This document shows, in pieces, positions 47,573 through 60,148 of a DNA stretch of 64,000 bases. The stretch lies in NCBI GenBank assembly GCA_963785305.1, contig CAWAUV010000009.1, positions 192,001-256,000 of the forward strand. Direction: 5' to 3'. Source of the stretch: an uncultured Planctomycetaceae bacterium. GTDB lineage: Bacteria; Planctomycetota; Planctomycetia; Pirellulales; PALSA-1355. Position 1 is the stretch's first letter. Each line of letters opens with the position of its first letter. Made by a program: the position numbers and the translations under genes. The notes under the pieces are model-generated. The model had not been told where the DNA came from and ran no database searches. It saw only the letters and a list, made by a program, of their open reading frames with translations.

Positions 47573-48475
47573 ATGCGAAAAGCTCGCCGCGATCAGCCCA
47601 CCGGCCCCGCTCGCGGCTCAAAAGGCTCGAATCAAAAGGGCTCGGCGAAGCAAGGGCGCGCATCGAAGCAAGTCGGCTCGGCGAAGCAGGCGGCCTCGGC
47701 GCCGGGCGAGGAAACCTGGCTCCGGATCGTCGGCGGCACGCTCCGCGGGCGCAAGTTCCTCTACAGCGGCGACGAGCGTACCCGGCCGATGAAAAATCGC
47801 GTGCGCGAAGCCGTGTTCAACCTGCTTGGCGACGATGTGGTCGACGCCCACGCGATCGACCTTTTTGCCGGCGCCGGCGCGCTCGGGCTCGAAGCGATCA
47901 GCCGAGGTTGCCTGGGCGCGACATTCATCGAGCGGCATTTTCCCACGGCGGCGCTGGTGCGCAAAAACGCCGCGCTCCTCGACCTCGCCGACATCACCCA
48001 AGTGCATGCCGCCGACACGCTGCTTTGGGTCAAGCAATTGCTCGCCGGGCGGCTGAACACATCGCCGGAGACCGAGCTTCCGCTCTCGCGACGCTGGATC
48101 GTGTTCTGTTCGCCGCCGTTTGCCATGTACACGGACCGACCCGCCGAATTGCTGGCGATGCTAGGGTCGCTGGTCGCGACGGCCCGCGCGGGGAGCGTGT
48201 TCGTGGTCGAATCCGACCTGCAGTTCGACCCCGCGCATTTGCCCGAGGCCGGCGATTGGTTTTTGCGCGATTACCCGCCGGCCCGGATTGCCATCTATCG
48301 CAAGCCGGCCTCGTCGGCGGCGCCGGCGGCGCCGCCGATTGAGCCAGCTATTTGTTCGAATATTCGATTCGGAATCGGGGGAGGAATTCGCCGTGGATGT
48401 GCGCCAGATCGCTCAAGTCGCCGCGTTTATCACCAAAGACGGCTCCGAGATCCGCGAGCTGCTGGCGTATCGTAA
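47573..48475 (+). CDS. rsmD: 16S rRNA m2G966 methyltransferase RsmD family
   Basis: LRIVGGTLRGR, TRPMKNRVREAVFN, DLFAGAGALGLEAISRG and SPPF. The real stop may be earlier (about 48342), because this frame overlaps the cupin gene. Confidence 0.85.
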   Translation: MRKARRDQPTGPARGSKGSNQKGSAKQGRASKQVGSAKQAASAPGEETWLRIVGGTLRGRKFLYSGDERTRPMKNRVREAVFNLLGDDVVDAHAIDLFAGAGALGLEAISRGCLGATFIERHFPTAALVRKNAALLDLADITQVHAADTLLWVKQLLAGRLNTSPETELPLSRRWIVFCSPPFAMYTDRPAELLAMLGSLVATARAGSVFVVESDLQFDPAHLPEAGDWFLRDYPPARIAIYRKPASSAAPAAPPIEPAICSNIRFGIGGGIRRGCAPDRSSRRVYHQRRLRDPRAAGVS

Positions 48476-48754
48476 TTCCTCGATCCAAAAGCAGAGCTTG
48501 GCCGAAGCGCGGCTCGCGGTCGGCGCCTCCACGACCGCGCACTACCACCCCGCGACGGAAGAGATTTACTATATCTTGCGCGCGCGGGCAGCATGCGGCT
48601 GGGCGACGAAACCCAAACGGTCGGTCCCGGCGACGCGATCGCGATACCCCCGGGCCTGACGCATAAAATCACGAACGTCGGCGTCGAGCCGCTCGTGTTT
48701 TTGTGCTGTTGCGCCCCGGCCTACGAAAATTCCGACACCGTGCTGGTGGAATAG
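48393..48754 (+). CDS. Cupin domain protein (frameshift near 48585)
   Basis: GTG start after GAGGA; FITKDGSEIRELL and HYH..TEEIYYIL, then GDAIAIPPG.THKI and FLCCCAPAY. Confidence 0.88.
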
Positions 48755-48785
48755 GAAACGGGCGAAGAATAACTTCTCAATAAAA

Positions 48786-48817
48786 CCTCTCCCCTTGGGA
48801 GAGGGTAGGGCGGGGGG
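48786..48817 (-). repeat. Short REP-like palindrome (same family as 36672-36703)
   Basis: Reverse complement reads CCCCCGCCCTACCCTCTCCCAAGGGGAGAGG. Confidence 0.6.
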
Positions 48818-48839
48818 CGAACCCCGGAAAAGCTCGTCG

Positions 48840-49675
48840 ATGCGATTTCTAAGAAGACTGGCGCGAGCGTTTGTCAATCGAGCCTCGGGCTCGGCCCTGA
48901 CCATGATGCCGGCCCATTTCGGCCCGCGTCCCCTGGGCGGCTCGACCGGCATGTACCACGATGTGACAACGCTTACGCTCTCCTACAGCACCGAATTCGA
49001 GGCGCTAGCCCGCTACATTCCGCGGCCGTTTCGGCTCACGGCGCCGACGGTGATCGTGCTCCATGTCATGAATCGCGACATCGACTGGCTGGCAGGTCGC
49101 GGCTACAACCTGGTGGAAGCGATCGCGCCCGTCCGCTTCGAGGGAAAAGTCGATCGCCTCGCAGGCTACTTCACGCTCGTGATCTGGGAAAATCTTTGCG
49201 ATCCGATTCTCACCGGCCGCGAGTTGCAAGGCATGCCCAAACTGTTTGCCACGATTCCCGACGCGCTCGAAACCGATGGCCAGTGGCGCGGCGAGGTCAG
49301 CCATTTCGATCACACGTTTCTCGATTTCTCGATCCGCCAGACCACGGAGCTAACCCCCTCGGAGATCGCGGCCGAAGAGGCTGCCCACGAGGGCAAGAAT
49401 CATTGGATGGGGTGGCGATTCCTGCCGCCGATCGGTGGCCTGGGCCCCGGTCTCGATCAGCCGACGCTTTTCCCGATCGCGCGATCCACGACCGCGGCTT
49501 GGCGCGGCGAAGGCGCCCTCGCCTGGCGGCGGGTCACCTGGGAACAGAACCCCACCCAGTCGCATATCATCAACGCGCTTGCCGAATTGCCGGTGCATGC
49601 GTTTCACCCGGGCGCATCACGCGCGGCTCGACCAATCTTTACTTGCCCGGCAACCTGCCACGCGAACTGCGGTAA
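48840..49675 (+). CDS. Acetoacetate decarboxylase-like family protein (frameshift near 49612)
   Basis: MPAHFGP, WLAGRGYN, LVIWEN, GRELQGMPK (putative Schiff-base Lys) and WEQNPTQ.HIINAL. Confidence 0.8.
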
Positions 49676-49706
49676 CCCCCGCCGAGCAAAAAGGACCGTC
49701 GTGCCC

Positions 49707-50861
49707 ATGCCGATCGAGGAAATCCAGCGAGTGTGCTTCGTCGGCGGCGGCACGATGGGCGTCTTCAATTCGCTCCTCTCGGCGTCGGCCGGCTACGAAG
49801 CGCGAGTCTTCGATCCGGCGCCCGAGGCGCGGCGCCAGTTCCCCGAGCGCCAGCGGCGCATTGGCGAAATGATCGTCGCCCGCCGGGTGCTCGACTCCGT
49901 GGCGATCGGGAAAGCCGCGGCCCGCGTGCGCCTATGCGAAACGCTCGACGAGGCCATCGACCAGGCCGATCTGCTCAGCGAATCGACGCCGGAAAACCTC
50001 GAACTGAAGCGTGAAACGCTCCGCCAAGCGGACCAGGCGTGCCCGCCGCGAACGATTCTCACGACCAATACCTCGAATTTGCTCGTTTCGGAAATCGACG
50101 ACGCGGTGGGGCGCGGCGATCGGTTCGCCGCGCTCCACTCGTACCTGGGCTCGCGACTTTTCGACATCGTGGCCGGCCCGGCGCGACGCCGGCCACGATC
50201 GACACCTTGACCCGTTATGTCGAGAGCCTGGGAGCGACGCCGATCGTGCTCGCGCGCGAGCGGCCCGGTTACCTCACCAACACGCTCTTCGGCGCCTTGC
50301 ACAGCGCTGCCCTGGCGCTGGCGGCGCATGGACGCGGAACTCCCGCGGAGATCGATCGCGCTTGGATGCGCTGGCAATCAGCGCCGGCCGGTCCGTTTGG
50401 CATCATGGATTTCGTCGGGCTCGATGTGGTGCGCGATGTGACGATCGCCGAATCGCGCCGCCGCGGCGGCTCGGTCGAGCTCGACCAAAGCGTCGCCTAT
50501 TTGCAGCCGCTCCATGAAGCGGGGCGTTTGGGCGTCAAGTCGGGCGAGGGGTTTTACACCTACCCAAATCCCGAATTCCAGGAGCCCGATTTCCTGACTC
50601 GCCGCGCCGCGCCGAGGACTCTACTTGGCGATGTTGCGGCGACTTTCGACCGCGGCGGTGATGCTGGTCGTCGGCGGTTTCGGCACGGCCGAACAGGTCG
50701 AAACCTCCTGGCGCATCGCCACCGATAGTCCCCTGGGTCCCCTGGCCGCGCTCAAGGCAAATTGGACCGACCTATTGCTCGATGAATTCAGCATCCACGC
50801 CAGCGATTCGCCCGAGGAATGGTTTGGCCAAGTCGGCGACTTCTTGAAGGGCCATCTCTAG
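49707..50861 (+). CDS. 3-hydroxyacyl-CoA dehydrogenase family protein (two frameshifts)
   Basis: VGGGTMG, ESTPENLELK, TNTS, GPFGIMDFVGLDV and LGVKSGEGFYTY, plus a second partial dimerisation-domain repeat at the C-terminus. Confidence 0.85.
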
Positions 50862-52426
50862 TGCTTTGACCGTGCCGGAAGTTCGGCCGACTTCAGGCAT
50901 TCCTCGACCATGTTCTCCAAAATCCGTTCGACGTCGACCGCCGCGAGCACCAGCGAGTCGAACGCCGCCGCCAGGGCCAGCACGCCGGCGTAATTCGTCA
51001 CTCCGATCGCCAGCGAAGTCTTCGGCCGCACCGGCGGGGCGCCGTAGAACCGCTCGAGCTTCATTTCGCCAGCCCAAACATGGCGATTCTCGCGCCGCAC
51101 CCGGGCCGAAAAGCGCCGCGCCGGATCGCCGATATTGCTGAGCACGGCGGTCGAAAGACATCGCGGCAGCGAGAGCGACCAGCGCAGCAGCCTCGGCCGC
51201 CGGCAAAGTCCACGCAGCGTTTCGACGAATTGCCGCGAGAGATCGTGGCGGCGAATCGCGCGGCTTGCGTGTCGCAACCCCTCGGCGAGCTCGCGAAAGT
51301 CGTTGGTTTGCGCGAGCCGCCGATCGAGAAACGCGTAGCTAAGCACATTGGCGGCCGGCATGCGGTCGTCGCCCGCGACCCGCATATTCGTGGGCATGGT
51401 GATTCGCAAGAGTGCGTTTTCCCGCGCCCCCTGCTCGCGAAAGATCGCGGTCAGCGATCGAAACGCCGCGGCAAGGAGCAGATCGTTTTCCGAAACATCG
51501 AGCGAGCGCGCCGCATTCCGCACCCGGCGCGATGTTTCGCGCGAAAGCACATTGGCCACCAGCGGGCGCGGTCCCAGGCCGCGTGGCAGTTCGCTCGCGG
51601 CGGCCAACTCCCGGCCGATCGGCAGCGATTCTGGACCGTTTGCCAGAAAATCTCGAACTTCGCCAAGCGAATAGGCTAGCGATGTTCGCAGGAGCCGCCA
51701 CCGAGCGAGCCCGTGGCGCACTCGGTCCGCGACACTTGGCTTCGGAATCGCGACGTTGTCGGCCGGTCGACCGCGGGTCGCAACGGTCTCCCCCGGCTGG
51801 GCTCGCCCCGCGAGATCGGCGCCACGACCAAATACACCCCGCTGGGCGAGCCTCGCGGGCTCGAGCGGCGCGACTCTGGCCCGCCAATCCTCCCCCGCGA
51901 CGAGCGCCTCGTAGATCGCGAGCACATCGCCGATCGCGTCGCAGGCGCCCAGCCCGTCGCACGTGGCATGATGAAAGCGCCAGTAAAACACAACTCCCGA
52001 CTCACCCTCCCGCGCCAAAATGCGCGGCCCTCGCGCATCGCGACCCAGCGGCGGAGATTGAAACTCGGCCAGTTCCGTCGCCGAAACTTGGTCGGCCTTG
52101 GTCCAGCGCACCACGTTTTCTCCCGCCGCTGGGGAATGCGTCGCTACCCAACGCGGCGCGCCATCGACATCCGCGACCTGGGCCATGAGCAGCGGGTGAC
52201 GCGTGAGCATGTGCGCGACCGCGGTCTCGAAGAGCGGCCGGTCGACGCGGCCGGAAAACTCCGTGACAATCTCAAACGCCATGCGATGCGTCGGGCGGTC
52301 GTCCCAATGCATCAACAGCTCGAACGGCTCGAGCGGCAAGGGAAACAGCGCCCCGGCTCGCGGCGATGCCGTTTCCGCCGAAGCCGCGCCCCGCGTCGCG
52401 TCGTTGCACGAAACAACCGAGCTCAT
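50858..52426 (-). CDS. Stand-alone condensation-domain / PapA5-like acyltransferase
   Basis: RHPLL, FHHATCDGLG (HHxxxDG), SENDLLL, MPTNMR and TAVLSNIG. ATGA overlap with the upstream gene. Confidence 0.8.
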   Translation of the reverse strand: MSSVVSCNDATRGAASAETASPRAGALFPLPLEPFELLMHWDDRPTHRMAFEIVTEFSGRVDRPLFETAVAHMLTRHPLLMAQVADVDGAPRWVATHSPAAGENVVRWTKADQVSATELAEFQSPPLGRDARGPRILAREGESGVVFYWRFHHATCDGLGACDAIGDVLAIYEALVAGEDWRARVAPLEPARLAQRGVFGRGADLAGRAQPGETVATRGRPADNVAIPKPSVADRVRHGLARWRLLRTSLAYSLGEVRDFLANGPESLPIGRELAAASELPRGLGPRPLVANVLSRETSRRVRNAARSLDVSENDLLLAAAFRSLTAIFREQGARENALLRITMPTNMRVAGDDRMPAANVLSYAFLDRRLAQTNDFRELAEGLRHASRAIRRHDLSRQFVETLRGLCRRPRLLRWSLSLPRCLSTAVLSNIGDPARRFSARVRRENRHVWAGEMKLERFYGAPPVRPKTSLAIGVTNYAGVLALAAAFDSLVLAAVDVERILENMVEECLKSAELPARSKH

Positions 52427-54640
52427 GGTCGCACGCTCAATACAATGACGAGCCAATCATCGGTGGCCCGAGCCGAAAGAATCTTGGGCGAAGCGAAGCC
52501 CAGGCGTTCGACCAGTGAGGCGAGCATGAGGTCGGCCTGAAAGGCGCTCGCCACTCGCTGGGCCAGCACACTGCGGGTCGCCTGGCGCCGCCCGGTGAAA
52601 GGACGATCGCTTTTGGCTTGCTCGACCTTGGGTCGCCCTTCGCAGGCGAAGCGGGGATCGCCGCCTTCGGTCAAATGATACTCCGTCGCGACGGTCGCCC
52701 CCTCGTAATTTTCGCCGCCCGCCGCGAATTGGCCAATGTTCATAAGTAGCGAAAGCCGGTCGTGGTCCAAGGTGATCCGCGCCGGCGATTCGTCGAACAC
52801 CACCGACCACCCCGTGTTCTCGGCGCCCTCGTCATCGGACGATTCGTCGCCCGCCGTCGACGCGCTCGCCGAGGCCGGAGAAGAGGAACCCGAGCTCCGC
52901 AGCGCGAAATTGGTCGCGAGTTCCGCGCCTTGAACCCGATTGCCGCCCCAAAATCTCGCGGCCAAGTATTCGAGCGCCGAGCGGTGCAGGTAAAGCGCGA
53001 CGCCCGATTCCGCGCTCGCCGGCGCGGCGATCTCGGGCCCCCAATCGCCGGCGGGGCCAAAAATCGTGTCGACGCGCAGACCCTCGCTGTCGGCCGAGGA
53101 ATGAAACGCCGCGGGCCACGCGCCATGGGTCGCGAGCGGCATCGCGACCCGCCGCGCATATTTCCGGTTGAACCGCGCCACCGGATCGGCGGCCATCGTA
53201 TCGAGTCGCGCTCTGCGCCAAGCGCATCGCCGACGCTTCCGACTCCCGCTCCGCGCGACCTCGGTTGGCCGACACGCGCCACGTGGCCTCGCTGCCATAG
53301 CCCGAACGAATGCTCTCGAATTCCACGTTGGCATGCGCCGCCGCCGTCGCGGGCAGCGCCCGAAGCCCGGCCGGCTCGACCAGCAGCAGTTTGTCGCCGA
53401 TGATCCGTGTTTGGCTGCGCGAGGCGACTTGCACTCCGCTGTTCGAGCCTTGGGTGCGGGCGCGCGTTTCGGCGAAGAGTCCCAAGTCGATGGCCGCCGC
53501 TCCGCGAGTGGCAATCGGTTCGGCCCGCAATACGCCTTGAAAAGACCCGGCGCCGGCGACGCGCGTGTTGACATACACATCGTCGATCGGAAACGACTCC
53601 TCGACCGGACGGTCGAAATACGCCGCAATTGATCCGGTCGGAAAGCGAATCACGAGATTGGGCCGGGCATACAGCTTGCGCAAGATCGCCACGAGCTCGG
53701 GGGCATCGCCGCGCTGCTCGAACCATGTCCCTAGTTCGACGATCCTGGCCCGAACATTTGTCGGCGATGGCGTCTCGGCCGGCCGCGGCGCCGCTGCGAC
53801 CATTTCCGCCAGCGTGGTCTCGAGCGTTTGAAGCTTTTCAGCGCGCAGCGCCGCGAAGTTGGGTTCGCTCGCGACAAGCGCCGTCTGCCGATAGCGCTCG
53901 ACACTCTCTCGCGCCACGCGCAGGCGCGTCAAGGTTCCATAGCGCCTCGGCGGCCCGCAAGCGGTGTTCGGCGGCCAACAGCGCGGTCGCGCTCAACGGG
54001 GCCGCGTCGGCGAGAGTCGCATCGCTCCCGACTTCAAGCGCGTCGAGCGCGAGAAAGGTCCGCCATTCGCGCCCGCCGGCTCCAAAGGCCCGAATTCTCC
54101 GATCGAGATTTTCCAGCGCGCGGCAAGCTGCTTGCGGGCCGCGGACAACAATACCGCGGTCGGCGGCGAAGCGCCGGCAGCGCGGGCCGCGGCGAGCGCG
54201 TCGGCCGCCGATGGTTCGAGCGCGGCGATCCAGCGGTCGAGCGCCGCGAGTAGCGTCTGGCGGGTCGGATGCGAAGCAAGCGATGTTTGCGCCGCGATCC
54301 GCGCCCGCAAGCTCGCCAACGTGGCCAGATCGGGCTTTTCAGCCGCCAGTTGCCGCGCCATTTCGTCGGTTTGCAATCGCTGCCGCCAAAGCGCGACGCC
54401 CGGCGATTCGCCCAGCCAAGCATCGAACGGCCGCCAGGCATCTTCCACGGCATTGCGCAATGGAGCATCCGGGGTGTTCCGCCGCGCGGAGCTCGGCTCG
54501 AGCCGGTCGGTTATGATCGGCATTGCGGCGCCGCGGCGGGTTTGAGCCGCGGCCTCGCGCGCGTCGAAGTTGGCCGACACCACGAGCCCGGCAAGAGCCC
54601 AGGGCGCGAATAGCGTCAATGAAGCGAACAGTCGGATCAC
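52423..54640 (-). CDS. Hypothetical exported protein with a helical N-half and beta-rich C-half (several frameshifts)
   Basis: GTG start at 54640 after GAGGAA, with a signal peptide (VIRLFASLTLFAPWALAG). Fragments in successive frames end ...DDWLVIVLSVRP* at 52423. Confidence 0.6.
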
Positions 54641-54641
54641 G

Positions 54642-56634
54642 TTATTCCTCGCTCGCTTCCCGGGAAATTCGGCCTTGCGCCGTCCATCCCGAAGGCGCCG
54701 GCCGCACATCGAGCCATTCTCTACCCCAGAAGGAGCTAATTCTGGAAAAAGGCGGCAAACTCTCGGCGTTCACCGAGGGGCCGGGAAAGTCGCCCGCGCG
54801 ATCACCGAGAAAAAGCCCCTCGATGAGTAGCGACTCCCAATCGCCACTCGCCGCCAACCGATGCTCTCGGGCCGCGCGAAAATGCGATTCCATGTCGGCG
54901 GCCAGATCACGCCAACTTCGCAGATCGCTGGGAGCGCCGCTCGCCGCTGAAAAGTATTTCGACCCCAGCAAGCCGCGCGACGCCGCCGCGCCATGCTCAA
55001 CGGTTCCAATCGCGCCGAGCAGAAAATCGACATCGCTCGCCACGACCAAAGTCTCGCGCGTCACCGCAATCGCCGCGATATCGAGCGAAAGCGGATCATC
55101 GGCGTCGGATTTCATCAGCGGCGCGCCCGGCGCTTTGGCTTGCCACAGCACGCCGTTCGGCGAATGGACGATCGAAGTTTCGTCATCGCCGGTGAAAAAA
55201 CGCTCGAGCGCCGCGGTGGCCGCCCGCGGATCGCCGAGCCGCGCGGCCAGAAGCGTGCGCTGACCATCGGGATTGGCTTTCGTCTTTTCGCCCAGATAAT
55301 CGCGCATGCGATAAAGCGGCGGTCGCAGCCGCTCGAGCAAATCGGATCGTACCGCGGCCCGCGGACCATCGGATGCTTTTTCGATGCTATCGAGCAGTTC
55401 GTCGAAGGCGCCCTGATAATTGCCGCCATAAAGCTGATCGTACACCGAGCCATAGGCCGCGATCACCTTGGGAGTGTCCAGGCGCCACACGCTGATCGCC
55501 GCCGGCCGGGCCACCAGCCAGTCGGGCAGCGCGAATTCGGTTCCCGGATCGAAGGACAAGAGCGCCGCGCCTTTGGCAAGCGGCGCCGCGTGAAGAATGC
55601 GCGTGGTTTGCGCGAGATCGTCGTGTTCGAGTCCAAATCGCACGACGCCTCCCAGCGGCGCGATCACCGTGAACCCTTGCCGACGAAAAAGGTCGAATCG
55701 CCGCCGCCCTGCCCGATCGCTTCGCCCGCTGCCGAGCGACGCCCGCCAAATCCGCCAGGGATCGGCATACCACACAAGTCCGTCGGGCGAGTCGGCGCCC
55801 GAATCGGCGAGCACTTGCCCGAACGATGCCGAGGAGGCGAGCGTCGCCGCGCGCGGCGACTCAAAGAACTCCAAAATTTCGTCGGCCACGGCGCGAGTCG
55901 CAAGTCACCAACATTTCGCGCCAAGCAAAGGCCGCGCGCTCGGGAAGCGACCCACGGGGAGCGGCCGCCACCGACGCCGCGGGCGCCTTGGCGGCGGGCT
56001 TCTTAATGCCCGGCGGCGCGGGCGACCGAACCGGCGGCGCGGGCGCGCCCTTCGCGGGCTCCGAGGCAAACACGCCTTCGAGCACGCGAATTTTCCCGGC
56101 ATGTCGTTCCGTGACTTCGAAGCCCTGCCGAGTCCATTCGGTTCGCAAGGTGTCGAATAAGGCCGGCAAGCGAGCGTCGCCCGCGATATCGTTCGACGAG
56201 CCGCTCGCGGCCGAGGCGAGCACCACCGACCGCAGGGCGCCATCCTTGCTCGGCCATAGCGCATAAGCGGCGCCGGCAGGTCCGGCCGCGGTAAGCGTGG
56301 CCCAGCGGAGCCCCAGACATTCGGTGGGGAGCACACCGCCATGTTTGCGCCGAACTTCGGCCCAAAACGGCTGCATGGATTCGTCTTCATAGGCTTCAAA
56401 AAACGACGCGAGGCGCCACGCGGCTTCGCACCGCGCGGGATCGGCCGTGGAAACGAACAGCGGCGCGGTCGGCGGAAGATATCGCGCCAATCGCACCGCC
56501 GCGGGCTCGACCGGTTTCGCTTCATCGGGCTTGGAAACATTCGCCGCGGGCTCGGCCCCCACCAGCGGCGCGCAAAGCCATAGCGGCGACATTACCGCTA
56601 ACAGCCAAGCTCGACTCGCGGTTGTTTTCGGCAT
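54642..56634 (-). CDS. Hypothetical exported protein, possibly DUF3352-like (frameshift near 55890)
   Basis: Signal peptide MPKTTASRAWLLAVMSPLWLCAPLVGA, then LARYLPPTAPLFVS; continues to ...GWTAQGRISREASEE*. Confidence 0.6.
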
Positions 56635-56695
56635 GCGTTCTCTCGTTCGGAATTGCGATTTCAGGAATATCCCGGCGATATTGCCGCGATCGTGA

Positions 56696-59345
56696 TTATT
56701 CGTAGTGCAGCGCGCTCAATACATTCATGCGGTTGGCTCGCCAGGCTGGCGCGAGCGATGAGAGCACAATCAGCGCCATCATCATTCCCGCGCCACCGAC
56801 GACGACCAGCGGCCGCGCCTCGAACACGCCGGGCCGCAGTAGCAGCTTGGTCATCGCCAGATGAATCACATAGGCCGAAGTCAGGCCGGCGAGCACTCCC
56901 AAGATCGCGCCGACGCGCCCAGTAAGATTGCTTGCGAGACAATCGCCCGGCGCACTTGGGCCTGGGTCATGCCCACGATCCTGAGAAGCCCGATCTCGCG
57001 CGTTTGTTCGAGCACATTCATCCAGATCGTGACGCTCGCCCCGATCGCGCCGATCAAAAGCCCCAAGGCCAGGACCACCCAAAACGCGGTGACGACCTTG
57101 CTCATCAGCCCTTCCAAAAAGTCGCGCATGTCTTGAAACGACCATTCGGTCAATTGAAACCGGTGGCAAATGGCTTCGATCCGAGCGCACAGCGCCGGCG
57201 TGTCGTGTCCGAGACGCACGAGAAACAGGTCGACCCCGTCGATGCCCAGCGATTCGCGCGCCGCGCCGCGCTCCAAGTACAGCGAGAGCCCTCCGGCGTT
57301 GAAGTCCGTGACCACCGCCGCAATCCGCGGAGATACGATGCGTCCCTCATGCCGGACTTCCACCCGGTCGCCCACGACAAGCTTAGCCCGGGCCGCGAGC
57401 GCGCTGCCGATGACCGCATCGCCAGCCAGAAAAGCCTTGCGCACTTGCGATTCCTCGTCGGCGCCGATGTCCCAGGGCAAGGGTCGCTCGGGGGCGAGCG
57501 ATCGGGCCACGAGCACCACCGGCAAATCATGCACGCGCCACATTGGCCAGCCGCACCGTCTCCAGATCGCGAACATCGGCGAGCGCCGCGAGCTCCTTTT
57601 CCACGGGCGAATGACCATCGGCGCTAAACTCGGCGGCCCGCGCCGGATCGAGCGGTAGCAGCACCACATCGGCCGCGAGCGCCCGGCGATACCAGGCGCG
57701 CACATCGGCGAGCGAATTGAGAATCGCATGACCGAGCCCAATGCCCGCTCCCAGCGCCACGATCAACACCGCCACCGTGAGCGCGGCCCTGCGCGGGCGG
57801 CGAAACAATTGGCGGCTGGCCAGTTCGCCTTCGATCGGCCACAACCTCGCCAAACCGCCGGCCAGCACCAGACGGCAGAGCGGACGAAGCATCGGCGGCG
57901 CGAGCAAGACGAAGCTGCACATCATGGCCACGCCGCCCAGCAGCGACCACGGCGCCGCCAACACTCCAGTCACCACGCATCCCAAGACCGCCACCGAGCC
58001 GATCCAGACCGCGAGCGCGCTTGCCAAAGCACCGCGGGAAATTCGGCTTGCTGGGCCACCGGCGGCGCGTCGCGCATTGCTTCGATCGGCTCGACACGCG
58101 ACGCCTTTCTCGCGGGAACATAAGCCGCGGCGAGCGTGAGCGCGGGGCCCAAAATTCCGCCGAGTATCAGGGCCGCTGGCTCGATGGGCGCCCTCGTGGT
58201 CGCCGCGCCGCGCAATGCGCCGAGCGCTCGGCCAAGAAGCCGGCGGCGACGATGCCGAGCGCCAGGCCCAGCGCCGAGCCGGCGCAGCCGAGAACCAGAG
58301 CCTCGGCAAGCACGCTTCGCACAATCTGCCCCGGCGCGAGCCCCACGGCGCTCAACACGCCCCACTGGATCCGCCGCTCGTCGACACCGATCAAAAAAGT
58401 GTTGAGCGCGATGAACGCCGCCAGCACAAGCGAAATAATCTGCGCGAACTGGAGCGCATAGGTCACGCCGCGACGTGTCTCGGCCGCGAGCTCGCCGCGA
58501 GCCAGCGGCGGGCGAACTTCGAACGCATCGCCCCATCGCGAAGCAACCTCGCGCCCCAGAGCCGCAAGCGAAGCGTCTTTCGCGAGCACGATCCGCGCTA
58601 CATCGATCTGGCCCGGCGCTCGCGCCGCGCGCTGCAAAACATCGAGCGGCAAAAACACCGCGCCCTCGGCGCCCGCCGCGAGCGGGGCCCGCGGAGCAAC
58701 CTCGCCCGCCACGCGCACTCGCAGCGGCCCGCCCGGCAGGAGCAGCGACACCATGTCCCCGACCGACACTTCGAGCAAGCGCACGAAGTTCTGATCGATC
58801 GCCACCGGCGGCAGATCGGCGGTCGACCGCGAGTCGTCGTCGGCCGCGTCGGCCGCCGGAGCCCTATCACGAGCTTCGCTGCCACGAGTTTCGCTGTCAC
58901 TCGCTTCGCTGCCACTCACTTTGCCGTCTCGCGCATCGCTCGGGGTCGCGTTCGCATCGAGCCAATGCCCCTCGGCCAGTGTGAACTGTTCGGCAAAGGT
59001 GCGATCTTCCGGAGAAACACCGATCGCGGTGAGCGTCACTCGCTTGCCATGGGCATAGGCCACGGCGCCTTTGCGCAGTAGCGGCGAGAAGGTTTGGACT
59101 TCGGCGTCCTGGCCGAGCGATGCGATCCGCGCTTCGGGAAAACGGCTTCCGTCGCGGCTCGTGATTTCGCAATCATAGGGGCCCGCCATTGCCTCCTGCA
59201 GTTGTTGGAGCGCTTCATCGGCGCCGAGCGAGGCCAGCCGCACCGCCACGACTCCGGCCACGCCGAGCCCCACGCTCAACAGCGTCGCCAGCGCGCGCAG
59301 CGGGCGATTGCGGATCTCGCGATAAGCAAGCATCGAAAGTTTCAT
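56696..59345 (-). CDS. MacB/FtsX/LolE-type ABC transporter permease with duplicated FtsX domains (several frameshifts)
   Basis: AYREIRNRPLRALATLLSVGLGVA, ERRIQWGVLSAVG, PARKASRVEPIEAMR, EQTREIGLLRIVGMT and PAWRANRMNVLSALHYE*. Confidence 0.88.
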
Positions 59346-60148
59346 GCGCCGCTCCCTGCCACGGGGCATTCGGAAGACGGGCTCGGCGACGCCGCGCTCG
59401 GGAACGGCGCGGCGGCCAGCGCTGGGTCGGTCACGATTTGTCCGTCGAACAGCCGAATGCGCCGGTCGGCCCGCGCGGCGAGCTCCGGGTCGTGGGTCAC
59501 AAGCACCACGGCGCGGCCCGCGTCGCGACCGACCGCGGCCAAAAGATCGATCACGGCGCGGCCAGCGACCGAATCAAGCGCGGCCGTGGGCTCGTCGGCC
59601 AAGATCACGCTCGGCGCGGCGGCCATGGCCCGCGCGATCGCCACGCGTTGCTGTTCGCCGCCCGAAAGCATCGGGGCAAGTGCCCTGCCCGCGCGGCCAG
59701 CCCGACCGCGGCCAAAAGTTCTTTCGCCCGCTCAAGCTCGGCGCGGCTGCTCAGCGCCGTCGGCCGCGAGCGGCAATTGCACATTTTCAATGGCCGTGAG
59801 ATTCGCGAGGAGATGAATCCTTTGAAACACGAGGCCGATCCGGCGGCGGCGGAGCGTCGCGCGGGCCGCTCGATCGAGCGACGCGAGATCGGCGCCATCG
59901 AACATTACCCGGCCCGCCGTGGGATGATCGAGCCCGGCGAGCAGATGCAGCAGCGTGCTTTTGCCACAGCCCGAGGGTCCGACAATGGCGACGAACTCCC
60001 CGGCCGCGACTTGCAGCGATACCTCACGCAGCGCCGTCACGAACCGGCCATCGTGGTTGATCGCCAAACCGGGGGCAATCGCGCCGGGCGGGCCGTACAC
60101 TTTCGTGACCGCCAGCGCGGCGAGCAGAGGTGAATCGCCGCCGCTCAT
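59342..60148 (-). CDS. LolD/MacB-type ABC ATP-binding protein (frameshifts)
   Basis: Walker [37 protein letters not shown] and LVTHD. Confidence 0.93.

Noticed and set aside
58870..58920. 15-bp triple repeat in the ABC permease gene
   Set aside because: It is a short in-frame low-complexity linker expansion (SGSEA/SDSET/RGSEA) with no sign of a separate function.
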